Shown here piece after piece: positions 39,611 to 48,234 of a DNA stretch of 64,000 bases. Origin of the DNA: Acidobacteriota bacterium. Lineage in GTDB: Bacteria; Acidobacteriota; UBA890; WLXD01. The notes beneath the pieces were generated by a model, which saw nothing but the letters and a program-made list of their open reading frames with translations, made no database searches and was not told the origin of the DNA. The position numbers and the translations under genes are program-made. Within the stretch, counting starts at the first letter, position 1. Every line of letters starts with the position of its first letter. The stretch lies in the NCBI GenBank assembly GCA_963666215.2, contig CAXWPL010000005.1, forward strand, positions 1,248,001 to 1,312,000, read 5' to 3'.

Positions 39611-40666
39611 TTAGCTGAAGATGGCCTGGTTCATTCTGGCGACAACTTGGGAGGAGTGGGCCTCCGTCAGATGGCTGTAGCGTTTCACCATGGCCAACGT
39701 CTTGTGTCCGAGAATGTCGGCAATCTCGGCAACGGTGGCTCCATTCATCGCTAGATAGCTGGCCGCAGAATGCCTCAGATCGTGAAAACGGAAATTATCG
39801 ATTTCCGCGTCCAGGAGCGCGCTCTGAAAGGCTCTTCGGGGGTAGCGAGCTGTGCCCGATAAGTCGGCGAAGACGAGATCCGAATCAATCCGCCGAACCT
39901 TCGCCACTTCTTCGACTACCCGGCGAGCAGGACCGTGGAGTGACAGCGCTCGGCTCTCATCATTCTTTGTGTCATGAACGATCGCCATGCCCCGCTTCAA
40001 ATCGACATCCCGCCAGCGAAGGCTTAGCAATTCACCTTGCCGGGCCCCGGTCGAGAGAGCGAGCAACACGAGTGGGTAAAGCCGAGCCTCGGAGCTTTGA
40101 CAGCATGCATCTAAGAGGCGTCTTCTTTCTTGGTCGGAGAGGAACCGAACCCTGCCCCTGGGCTCCTTCGTGGCAAAACTACGCAGGGGGTTTTCTTCGA
40201 TCCACTCCCAATCTCTCAATGCAATTGAAAAAGCGTGGCGCAGCGCGGCCAGGTACCGATTCTGCGTCGCTGGTGACGCCGGTCGCTTGCTAGGTGTCTC
40301 TCCGCGAGCGAGCGCCTGGAGCTGAGCGGAGATCAACCCGCGCCTCACAGTCAGAAGGCGGTGATCACCGATGCGCTCGACCCACCACTCTAGATAAGCC
40401 TTGCGACGCCGACGGGACGGTTGGGCGTAGTTGGGCAATACCACGACCTCGTACTCCCGCACGAGATCCCTGACGGTTCGAGCCTCTTCATCTTTCGTAG
40501 CGATGCGTTTGCCGTCATCGGCCTTTACGTCCATATGGCGGCCCCACTTAACGGCCTGGGCGCGTGTCCTGAAGGTACGAGCCTTCAGCGGTTTGTCCTT
40601 CCTCCGAATGACCGTCTTGTAGCGGTTGCGGCCATCGGCAAGGGTCTTCTTCACTATGGTGGCCAT
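39611..40666 (-). CDS. Tyrosine integrase
   Basis: TGARQGE, TKN, FHDLRH, LGHKT...RY; GAGGAG RBS; adjacent to tRNA. Confidence 0.95.
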   Translation of the reverse strand: MATIVKKTLADGRNRYKTVIRRKDKPLKARTFRTRAQAVKWGRHMDVKADDGKRIATKDEEARTVRDLVREYEVVVLPNYAQPSRRRRKAYLEWWVERIGDHRLLTVRRGLISAQLQALARGETPSKRPASPATQNRYLAALRHAFSIALRDWEWIEENPLRSFATKEPRGRVRFLSDQERRRLLDACCQSSEARLYPLVLLALSTGARQGELLSLRWRDVDLKRGMAIVHDTKNDESRALSLHGPARRVVEEVAKVRRIDSDLVFADLSGTARYPRRAFQSALLDAEIDNFRFHDLRHSAASYLAMNGATVAEIADILGHKTLAMVKRYSHLTEAHSSQVVARMNQAIFS

Positions 40667-40781
40667 CGCTCGCTCCTCGTTGCCTGGGTCCAAGGAGCAT
40701 TGTACCCGTTTTTGTAACCTGGCAGCGAATGAGGCCACTCAAACGAGGCCGAAGATAGTCATAAGTTACTGAAAATAAAGA

Positions 40782-40866
40782 TGGTGCCGGAGCCGGGACT
40801 TGAACCCGGAAGCCTTTCGGCGGGAGATTTTAAGTCTCCTGCGTATACCAATTCCGCCACTCCGGC
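40782..40866 (-). tRNA. tRNA-Leu(TAA)
   Basis: GCCGGAGTGGCGGAATTGGTATACGCA GGAGA-CTTAAAA-TCTCC, long variable arm, GGTTCAAGTCC, CCA end. Confidence 0.96.
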
Positions 40867-40919
40867 CTGACGACGGTCGATGTTAGCAGCGCTCGAAGCG
40901 CCACAAACAGCCCACCCGG

Positions 40920-42623
40920 CTACTGCTCTGTCGGAGCCCGGCGGGGGAGCCGGATCTCGTCAACCAGGCGCTGCACCTCCTCGGGCGGTGGCGGAGTGAA
41001 ACGGCTGACAACGATCGCGAGCGTGAAGTTCAAGAGCATCCCGATCGTACCGATGCCCTCGGGACTGATGCCGAAGAGCCACTCGTCGGCTCCCGCGTCG
41101 GGCCGGACGAAGCGAAAGTAGATGATGTAGCTCGCCGTGAACAGGATACCCGTGACCATGCCGGCGATGGCCCCCTCTTTGGTGGTCCGCTTGCTGAACA
41201 CACCCAAGACCAGGATCGGGAAGAAGCTCGACGCCGCGAGCCCGAAGGCGAAGGCGACCACCTGAGCGACGAAGCCTAGCGGATTGATGCCGAAGTAGCC
41301 GGCAACGATGACTGCCAGCCCCGCGGCCATCCGCGCCAGCAGAAGCTCCCGATCTTCGGTCATTCGCGGGAACAGAAAGGACTTGCAGAGATCGTGCGAG
41401 ATCGCGGAAGCGATCACCAACAGCAGGCCGGCCGCCGTCGAAAGCGCCGCTGCTAATCCGCCGGCCGCGACCAGAGCCACCACCCAGGCCGGCAATTGGG
41501 CGATCTCGGGGTTCGCCAACACCATGATGTCCTGGTCCACGGTGAGCTCGTTGGCCTCGGGGTCGCCACTGTAGAGGATGCGCCCATCTCCATTCTTGTC
41601 CTCGAAGGCGATGAGGCCGGTTCTCTCCCAACTGGTGAACCACTCCGGGGCCTCTTCGTAAACCACCCCATTGAGGGTCTGGATCATGTTGACCCTGGCG
41701 AAGGTGGCGACGGCCGGGGCGGTGGTGTAGAGAATCGCGATGAAGACCAGAGCCCACAGGGCGCTCCAACGCGCCGCTCGTGCGCTCGGCACGGTGTAGA
41801 AACGGATCAGAACGTGGGGGAGGCCGGCGGTGCCGACCATCAAGGCCAGGGTGATCGCGAAAACGTCGACCATTCCCTTCTTCCCCGCCACGAAGGCGGC
41901 CGTGTACTCGGGAAGGCCGAGATCACGGTGAAGGGCGTCCAAGGTCTCCAACAGGAAGAGTCCCGCATTCGGCCCCTCCACCAACTGGCTACCGAAGCCG
42001 AGCTGGGGGATCGGGTTGCCCGTCAGCTTCCAGGAGATGGCGATGGCCGGCACTAGATAGGCGACGATCAGCACGCAGTACTGGGCGACCTGGGTGTAGG
42101 TGATGCCACGCATGCCGCCGAGGGTCGCGTAGATGAACACGAGCACCATACCGATGAGAACACCGGTGTTGACGTTCACCTCGAGGAAGCGCGAGAAGAC
42201 GACGCCGACGCCTCGCATCTGACCCGCGATGTAAATGAAGGAGACAAAGATCGTGCACCCCGCCGCGATCAGGCGGGCGGTCTGTGAGTAGTAGCGATCG
42301 CCAACGAACTCGGAGGTCGTGAACTTGCCGTACTTGCGTAGATACGGCGCGAGCAACAGCGCCAGCAGCACGTAGCCACCGGTCCAGCCCATCAGATAGA
42401 TGGTGCCGGTATACCCCATGAAGGAGATCAGGCCCGCCATCGAGATGAAAGAGGCGGCGCTCATCCAATCGGCCCCGGTCGCCATGCCGTTGGCAAGGGC
42501 CGGCACTCCGCGCCCCGCTACATAGAACCCCGCGGTCGAGCGCACTCGACTCCACCAAGCAATGCCGATGTAAAGGGCGAAGGTGAAGCCGACGACTAGG
42601 TAGGTCCAAGCTTGAACGCTCAT
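40920..42623 (-). CDS. Sodium:solute symporter (ActP-like cation/acetate symporter)
   Basis: NGMATGADWMSAASFIS, GTAGLPH, GGLAAALSTAAGLL. Confidence 0.93.
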   Translation of the reverse strand: MSVQAWTYLVVGFTFALYIGIAWWSRVRSTAGFYVAGRGVPALANGMATGADWMSAASFISMAGLISFMGYTGTIYLMGWTGGYVLLALLLAPYLRKYGKFTTSEFVGDRYYSQTARLIAAGCTIFVSFIYIAGQMRGVGVVFSRFLEVNVNTGVLIGMVLVFIYATLGGMRGITYTQVAQYCVLIVAYLVPAIAISWKLTGNPIPQLGFGSQLVEGPNAGLFLLETLDALHRDLGLPEYTAAFVAGKKGMVDVFAITLALMVGTAGLPHVLIRFYTVPSARAARWSALWALVFIAILYTTAPAVATFARVNMIQTLNGVVYEEAPEWFTSWERTGLIAFEDKNGDGRILYSGDPEANELTVDQDIMVLANPEIAQLPAWVVALVAAGGLAAALSTAAGLLLVIASAISHDLCKSFLFPRMTEDRELLLARMAAGLAVIVAGYFGINPLGFVAQVVAFAFGLAASSFFPILVLGVFSKRTTKEGAIAGMVTGILFTASYIIYFRFVRPDAGADEWLFGISPEGIGTIGMLLNFTLAIVVSRFTPPPPEEVQRLVDEIRLPRRAPTEQ

Positions 42624-42632
42624 CGCCTCGCC

Positions 42633-42890
42633 TCAGTCGACACCATGGCGGCGATCGATACGATCCATCGCCACGACATAGATCAGAATCAAGACCACGA
42701 AGGCGTAGATCGCACCCTGCTGCGCGAACCAGAAGCCGAGCGGAAAGCCACCGATGCGAAACTGGTTCAGCCACTCGACCAGAAAAATGCCCAAACCGTA
42801 AGAAACCCCGAACCAGCAAGCGAGAAGCCACGCCATCAGGCGCAGATTCGCTCGCCAGTAGCCCTCCGGGTCCGCCTTTCTACCCGCCAT
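42633..42890 (-). CDS. DUF4212 small symporter-associated membrane protein
   Basis: YWRANLRL, GGFPLGFWFAQQG. Confidence 0.9.
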   Translation of the reverse strand: MAGRKADPEGYWRANLRLMAWLLACWFGVSYGLGIFLVEWLNQFRIGGFPLGFWFAQQGAIYAFVVLILIYVVAMDRIDRRHGVD

Positions 42891-43007
42891 CGTATTCCCT
42901 CTGTTGTCTGCGAGGCGGTCGGATTACATCAGTGCACTCTCGACGAGGTCAACTCGTGCTCCTCCGAAGCTCAACTGATGTACGATGCCCTTCACCCCCC
43001 AAACGTC

Positions 43008-44354
43008 ATGATCGAATCCCTCGCTCAACAAAAAGCGCTGCCGCGCAGCGACGAGTCTGAGCGAGCTGTGCTCGCCGCAATCCTCCTCGAGCCCCCGAGA
43101 CATCTGGCCACAACGGCCGCTCGACTGAAGCCCACCGACTTCTATTCGGCTCGCCACCGGCACCTCTATCAGGCGATGCTCGATCTCCAGGAGGATGGAG
43201 TCGAGATCGACCTGCGCACGGTGCAGGCAAAGCTCGAGCAACAGGATCTCTTCGACGAGGCCGGCGGCCTCGCCTATGTGGCGACTCTCGAGGTCGATCT
43301 CCCCGACCTCAGCCGTGTCGAGCACTACGTGGAGATCGTCAAAGAGCGCTCGCTGCGCCGACGCCTGATCTCTTCTTGCTCGGATATCTATGCCTATTGC
43401 CAGGATGGAGGGCTCGAGGCCAAAGACGCGCTCGGACGCGCCGAGCAGGCCATTCTCGAGATCGGTGAAGAGGCGATCCCGCAAGGTTTCGTCTCGCTCG
43501 GAGACGCCATCAAGGGGACGGTCTTCGATCTCGAGGAGCGACCGGATCAGGTGTTTTCCGGCATCGCCACCGGCTTTATCGAGTGGGATCGTATGACTCA
43601 CGGCCTCAATGCCGGCAACTTGGTCATCATCGCCGGTCGCCCGGGGATGGGAAAGACCAGCTTTGCTCTGAATGTCGCGCAGCATGTGACTCTGAAGGAG
43701 AAGCGCTCTGTGGGGGTCTTCTCGCTCGAGATGAGTGTCCAGGAGCTGGCGATGCGCATCTTGTGCTCAGAGTCGAAGGTGCCTCTTGGCAAGCTACGCT
43801 CCGGCAAGCTCTCCGATCGCGATTGGGAGAGCATTCACAATGCCGCCAGACGCACCAGCGAAGCGCGGCTCTTCATCGACGACTCGGCGAGCCTCTCTCT
43901 GCTCGAGCTGACTTCGAAGGCGCGTCGATTGAAGATGGAGAAGGGCATCGATCTGGTCATCCTCGACTACCTTCAGCTGATGGAGGCGGGCGGTCGCTAC
44001 GAGAACCGGAACCTCGAGATCGCGGCGATCACCCGGGGACTCAAGCAGCTCGCCAAGGAGCTCAGTATCCCCGTCATGGCGCTCTCGCAGCTGTCTAGAC
44101 AGCCCGAGCGCAGAGGGTCCAACCATCGCCCGCAGCTCGCCGACCTTCGCGAATCAGGAGCCATCGAGCAGGACGCCGACCTCGTCGCCTTCGTGTTCCG
44201 TGAAGAGGTCTACGATCGAGAGAACGAAGAGCTTCAGGGCCTGGCCGAGCTCATTGTGGCGAAGAATCGCAACGGCCAGATCGGTGACGTCGAGCTCGCT
44301 TTTGTCGGTGAGACGACCACTTTCTTCAACCTCGATCGGCACTCGCCGATCTAA
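43008..44354 (+). CDS. dnaB: Replicative DNA helicase
   Basis: AGRPGMGKT, FSLEMS, DYLQL, LSQLSR, LADLRESGAIEQDAD, KNRNG. Confidence 0.97.
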   Translation: MIESLAQQKALPRSDESERAVLAAILLEPPRHLATTAARLKPTDFYSARHRHLYQAMLDLQEDGVEIDLRTVQAKLEQQDLFDEAGGLAYVATLEVDLPDLSRVEHYVEIVKERSLRRRLISSCSDIYAYCQDGGLEAKDALGRAEQAILEIGEEAIPQGFVSLGDAIKGTVFDLEERPDQVFSGIATGFIEWDRMTHGLNAGNLVIIAGRPGMGKTSFALNVAQHVTLKEKRSVGVFSLEMSVQELAMRILCSESKVPLGKLRSGKLSDRDWESIHNAARRTSEARLFIDDSASLSLLELTSKARRLKMEKGIDLVILDYLQLMEAGGRYENRNLEIAAITRGLKQLAKELSIPVMALSQLSRQPERRGSNHRPQLADLRESGAIEQDADLVAFVFREEVYDRENEELQGLAELIVAKNRNGQIGDVELAFVGETTTFFNLDRHSPI

Positions 44355-44422
44355 GCAAACCAGTGCGATGGTGATGCCGGCGAGAGTTCTGCTCGCGGGC
44401 CTGCTACCGCGCCGACCCTGAC

Positions 44423-45601
44423 TTGAGCCCCACAACCGATCAGCGCCGCCCTGCCTGGGCCGAGATCGATCTCGACTCGCTCGCGCACAATCTTCGCTTT
44501 CTTCGCAGCCGCATCGGCGACGCCAAGATCCTCGCCATTGTGAAGGCAGATGCCTATGGGCACGGCGCTGTGGAGGTCGCCCGGACCGTCGAGAGCGAGG
44601 GCGCTGACTGGCTCGGCGTAGCCCTCGAGGAAGAGGGTGCAGAGTTGAGGCGGGCGGGTATAGAGCTTCCAATTCTGGTTTTGGGTGTCGTCGAGCGGGC
44701 TCAGGTTCCGCGCATGCTGCACCACCGATTGACTCCGGCAGTCTCCAGCCTCGAACAGCTGAGCTCGTGGGCCGCAACCGCGCAATCGCGGTCTGGAGAG
44801 GAAGGGACGCTGATCCATCTCAAGCTCGACACCGGCATGCATCGCCTAGGTCTGGCTGAGGAGGAGTGGCCTCGCGCAACCGAGATCCTGTCCTCGACGC
44901 CACGGCTGCGGCTAACGGGCCTTCTCTCGCACCTCGCATCGTCGGAGGATCTCGAGTCCCCGATCACAGCCGTACAAGAGACCTGCTTCGATCGTGCGCT
45001 GGCCCTGTTCTCGGCTCTCGTGGATGAAGGGGGGATCCTGGCTCACACTGCCAACAGCGCCGCGGCCCTCCACCACCAAGAGTCGGTGCACTCTCTAGTG
45101 CGCTGCGGCCTCGCTCTTTACGGAGTCGATCCGGCTCAGGTCGAGGAGGGCTTGAGACCGGTGATGCAGGTGCGAGCGCGAATCGTGGAAACCAGAGAGG
45201 TCGAGGCCGGGGCAGCCGTAGGCTATGGCGGAACCTGGATCGCTCCGCGCCCGAGTCGCCTAGGAGTCGTGGCACTCGGCTACGCCGATGGCTACCCCTG
45301 GCGGCTCTCCAACCTCTCCCATGCCAACTCTCGAGATCAGGAGTTGGCGGTGGTCGGAGCGGTCAATATGGACATGCTGCTACTTGACCTCACCGGCACT
45401 TCGGTCTCGGTTGGCACTGAGGTTTGTCTGATGGGCAACGGCCCCTCGACCGGCCCTGGCGCGAGCGAGCTGGCCGGGTTGGCAGGGATGTCCACCTATG
45501 AGCTCCTCGCTCACTTCGGACTCCGTCTCCCCAAGCGCTACCTACGCGCCGGTGAGGAAGTGGGGGTGGTATCGCGGCTGGAACCCTCGACGCGAGAGTA
45601 G
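44423..45601 (+). CDS. alr: Alanine racemase
   Basis: IVKADAYGHG, HLKLDTGMHRLG, ANSAA, GYADG, NMD. Confidence 0.96.
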   Translation: MSPTTDQRRPAWAEIDLDSLAHNLRFLRSRIGDAKILAIVKADAYGHGAVEVARTVESEGADWLGVALEEEGAELRRAGIELPILVLGVVERAQVPRMLHHRLTPAVSSLEQLSSWAATAQSRSGEEGTLIHLKLDTGMHRLGLAEEEWPRATEILSSTPRLRLTGLLSHLASSEDLESPITAVQETCFDRALALFSALVDEGGILAHTANSAAALHHQESVHSLVRCGLALYGVDPAQVEEGLRPVMQVRARIVETREVEAGAAVGYGGTWIAPRPSRLGVVALGYADGYPWRLSNLSHANSRDQELAVVGAVNMDMLLLDLTGTSVSVGTEVCLMGNGPSTGPGASELAGLAGMSTYELLAHFGLRLPKRYLRAGEEVGVVSRLEPSTRE

Positions 45602-45614
45602 AGGAGCGAGCCGG

Positions 45615-47597
45615 TCAAAGCGGCAGCTGGTAGATCGAGTACTCGTTGTCCTCGTAGACCCGCGTAACCTCGCTATCCACAAAACTCTGCAATATTCTGG
45701 CGCTTTCAGGAGGAAGCAGCAGGACGTACTCGCGCTCGAGAAGGCTGGGCGGTTTGCCCTGCCCGGTGACCCTGACCCAGGGCCAGTGCACCAGGACGTG
45801 GGTCACTCCCTGCCTCTGAAGCTCCACCGCGAAGGCGGTGCTATCGGCGAAGTCGGCTAGAAAGGCGGCTACTCTGGGTCCGTCGAAGTTACCGGCTGAG
45901 AGCGAGGGTCGATCCAGATAGTAGCTGCGGTTCTCGCCGAGCAGGAGCACCAGAGCATCGCTCTCGGAGCTTTCGGCGAGCCACTGATAGGGCTTCATGA
46001 AGGAGCGTGTCCGAGCTAGATATTCAGCTTCGCTCTCTTTGCCAACGACGAAGTCGAAGGGCTGATAGGAGGCCTGAAAGACATAGAGCACCAGCAGCAT
46101 CTGCCCGGCGAGAGCCAGGCCTACGGGCAGCGACAGCGCGCGCCGCCAGCCTGCTGTGAGCGAGCTCCAGCCACGAGCCATGTAGGCAGCGCCGAGGACG
46201 GCCAACGGAACGACCGAGACAAGTAGGAGACGAGACATGGGCGCGAATGCCAGGAGCGCCGGTAGGGGGAGGAAGCCGATCCACCACAGATCGCGAGAGC
46301 GGGGAAAGGCGAGGGCGGCCAAGGGTGACAGCAGCACCGCGAGGGGTAGCAGAATACCGAGAGCGTCGTCGACGATGGCCAGATGAACGATGTCGAAACC
46401 TCGAATCAGCTCCTGCCAGCCGGTGAGTGCTCCGTCGGATCGGTAGTTGCCGATGGGGGGTACACCGCCGAGTAGAAATGGCGCCACTGGTGAGCCGGTC
46501 CAGATCCAGTTGCGGAGGTAAGAAAGACCCCCGAAGAGGCCGAGGAGCAGAGCCGAGGAGGCGACGATCCGGGCCACGCGGCCCCCGTGCTCGCTGGCCA
46601 GATGGAAGATCGCGAATATGACGAAGATCGCGATCCATGGCAGGGCTGTGTATTTGACTGCGGCGGCCCCGGCCAAGGCGGCAACACAGGTCGCCGCATG
46701 GGCAGCCTGAGGCTCGAGCCGAAAGCGATGCCAACTCTCGTAGGAGAGGAAGAGCAGGCCGAGCACGCCCCACTCGGCCCACGCCCATCCGGCGACGATC
46801 GCGAGCGCCGGTGTCCAGGCCACGACCGCGACAACCCAAGTCGCTGCCTCCTCTGAAGGAGGTGCCGGTGGGTAGATGCGTCGCGCTACCCGATGGAGAG
46901 CGCCGAGGGTCAGCAAAAAGAGGCCGAAATGAACCCACTTGGCAGCAATGCCCCCCGAGAGCACCAGGGCGGCAAGACTCACCTGAGAGAGCGCGGCGGC
47001 GAAGTAGCTGTGGGAGTTGAGTGGGAGCTCCACCATGGCTCCGCGGAGCAGGAACTCCTGCGGTACCGCGAGCTTGTAGATGAGCTCATCCGGCGAGTTG
47101 ACCGGGAGCATCGCGGCTATCGCAGCAACAGCGATCGGCGGACCCAGGAGAATCGCGCCCCAAGTCGAGATCCGGCAGGCAGAGGGCGGACTCCGCCAGA
47201 GACCGATGCCGCCTACCGCCGCCAGGACCAGGCAGAGAACGAAGATCGCCGGCACGACCCCTCTTCCTCCCCAAGCAATCAAGGTCACGAGGGCACCGAG
47301 AACGGGCAGGCCGACCAGGGTCCGGTCGGCGGCGCTGGGAGCGCCGGCGGAGTCGAGGAGTCCGGCCAGTTTCCGGAAAACTGCGCGCGACAGATCGAGG
47401 GCCCCTCCTCCGGCTGCGTAGGCTGCGAGCAGTACGACAGCCCCCGCGAGCAAGGGCTCGAATAGCTGGGAGAGCGCCACCCAGGCGGGTCGGAAACGGA
47501 AGAAAAAGACGCCGGCTACAACGCCCCAGAGAACCAGAGCGACGAGGTAAGAAAAGGGCGGGACCTGGCGTGCTTTGATGATCGATCCCACGACCAC
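45615..47597 (-). CDS. Polytopic membrane protein (GT-C glycosyltransferase-like)
   Basis: Many TM segments, DELIYKLAVP, AAVKYT, YLRNWIWTGSPVAPF. Confidence 0.7.
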   Translation of the reverse strand: MVVGSIIKARQVPPFSYLVALVLWGVVAGVFFFRFRPAWVALSQLFEPLLAGAVVLLAAYAAGGGALDLSRAVFRKLAGLLDSAGAPSAADRTLVGLPVLGALVTLIAWGGRGVVPAIFVLCLVLAAVGGIGLWRSPPSACRISTWGAILLGPPIAVAAIAAMLPVNSPDELIYKLAVPQEFLLRGAMVELPLNSHSYFAAALSQVSLAALVLSGGIAAKWVHFGLFLLTLGALHRVARRIYPPAPPSEEAATWVVAVVAWTPALAIVAGWAWAEWGVLGLLFLSYESWHRFRLEPQAAHAATCVAALAGAAAVKYTALPWIAIFVIFAIFHLASEHGGRVARIVASSALLLGLFGGLSYLRNWIWTGSPVAPFLLGGVPPIGNYRSDGALTGWQELIRGFDIVHLAIVDDALGILLPLAVLLSPLAALAFPRSRDLWWIGFLPLPALLAFAPMSRLLLVSVVPLAVLGAAYMARGWSSLTAGWRRALSLPVGLALAGQMLLVLYVFQASYQPFDFVVGKESEAEYLARTRSFMKPYQWLAESSESDALVLLLGENRSYYLDRPSLSAGNFDGPRVAAFLADFADSTAFAVELQRQGVTHVLVHWPWVRVTGQGKPPSLLEREYVLLLPPESARILQSFVDSEVTRVYEDNEYSIYQLPL

Positions 47598-47627
47598 GAG
47601 AGCTCTCGGCGGAGCGAACAGCGAGCG

Positions 47628-48176
47628 CTACAAGAAGCCGAGATCGAGGCGCGCGGCCTCAGACATCATATTGGGATTCCAGGGCGGGTCGAAGACCAGG
47701 TCGATCTTCGCACTGCGGACGTCGGGAAGGGCCTCCAGTTTACCCTTGACGTCATCGACCAAGACCGGACCCATGCCGCACCCGGGTGCGGTGAGAGTCA
47801 TCTGCACCGAGACGTCCTGCTTGTCGTCCTCTTCGCTGTCGCTGAAGGAGCAGTCGTAAATGAGGCCCAAGTCGACCACGTTGACCGGGATCTCGGGGTC
47901 GTAGATGGTGCGCAATAGCGCCCATGTCCGTTCTTCGAGAGTCCCCTCGACCTTCGCCGTGTCCGAACCCGAAGCGGTCTCTCCGTCGGCGACCCCAAGG
48001 GCATCTGCGTGGCTCGACGAGATGCGCAACATCTGGCCGAAGTCTGTGGTTACGGTGATGCTTCCCCCCAGCGCCTGGGTGATGCGGACCGGGGTTCCTT
48101 CGTTGAGAAGAACCGGAATGCCGTCGGGGATCTGGATCGCCTCTATATCGCGCTTGACTACTACCTGTTCGTGCAT
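47628..48176 (-). CDS. sufT: Fe-S cluster assembly protein SufT (DUF59)
   Basis: ITQALGGS, YDPEIPVNVVDLGLIY, MTLTAPGCGMG, FDPPW. Confidence 0.92.
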   Translation of the reverse strand: MHEQVVVKRDIEAIQIPDGIPVLLNEGTPVRITQALGGSITVTTDFGQMLRISSSHADALGVADGETASGSDTAKVEGTLEERTWALLRTIYDPEIPVNVVDLGLIYDCSFSDSEEDDKQDVSVQMTLTAPGCGMGPVLVDDVKGKLEALPDVRSAKIDLVFDPPWNPNMMSEAARLDLGFL

Positions 48177-48234
48177 TTTTTGACGCCTCTCTCGAACTGA
48201 GCCCAGATGATGCTAGCACGCGGCGCTGTTCAGC

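Larger units (their letters stand above)
34391..40792 (-). mobile_element. Integrative satellite-like element at tRNA-Leu(TAA): int, xis-like, primase, DUF3987
   Basis: Gene content next to the tRNA 3' end; candidate 11-bp att repeat TGGTGCCGGAG at 34391-34401 and 40782-40792. Confidence 0.65.

Noticed and set aside
27600-40780. Whole region as a prophage
   Set aside because: No terminase, capsid, tail or lysis genes recognised
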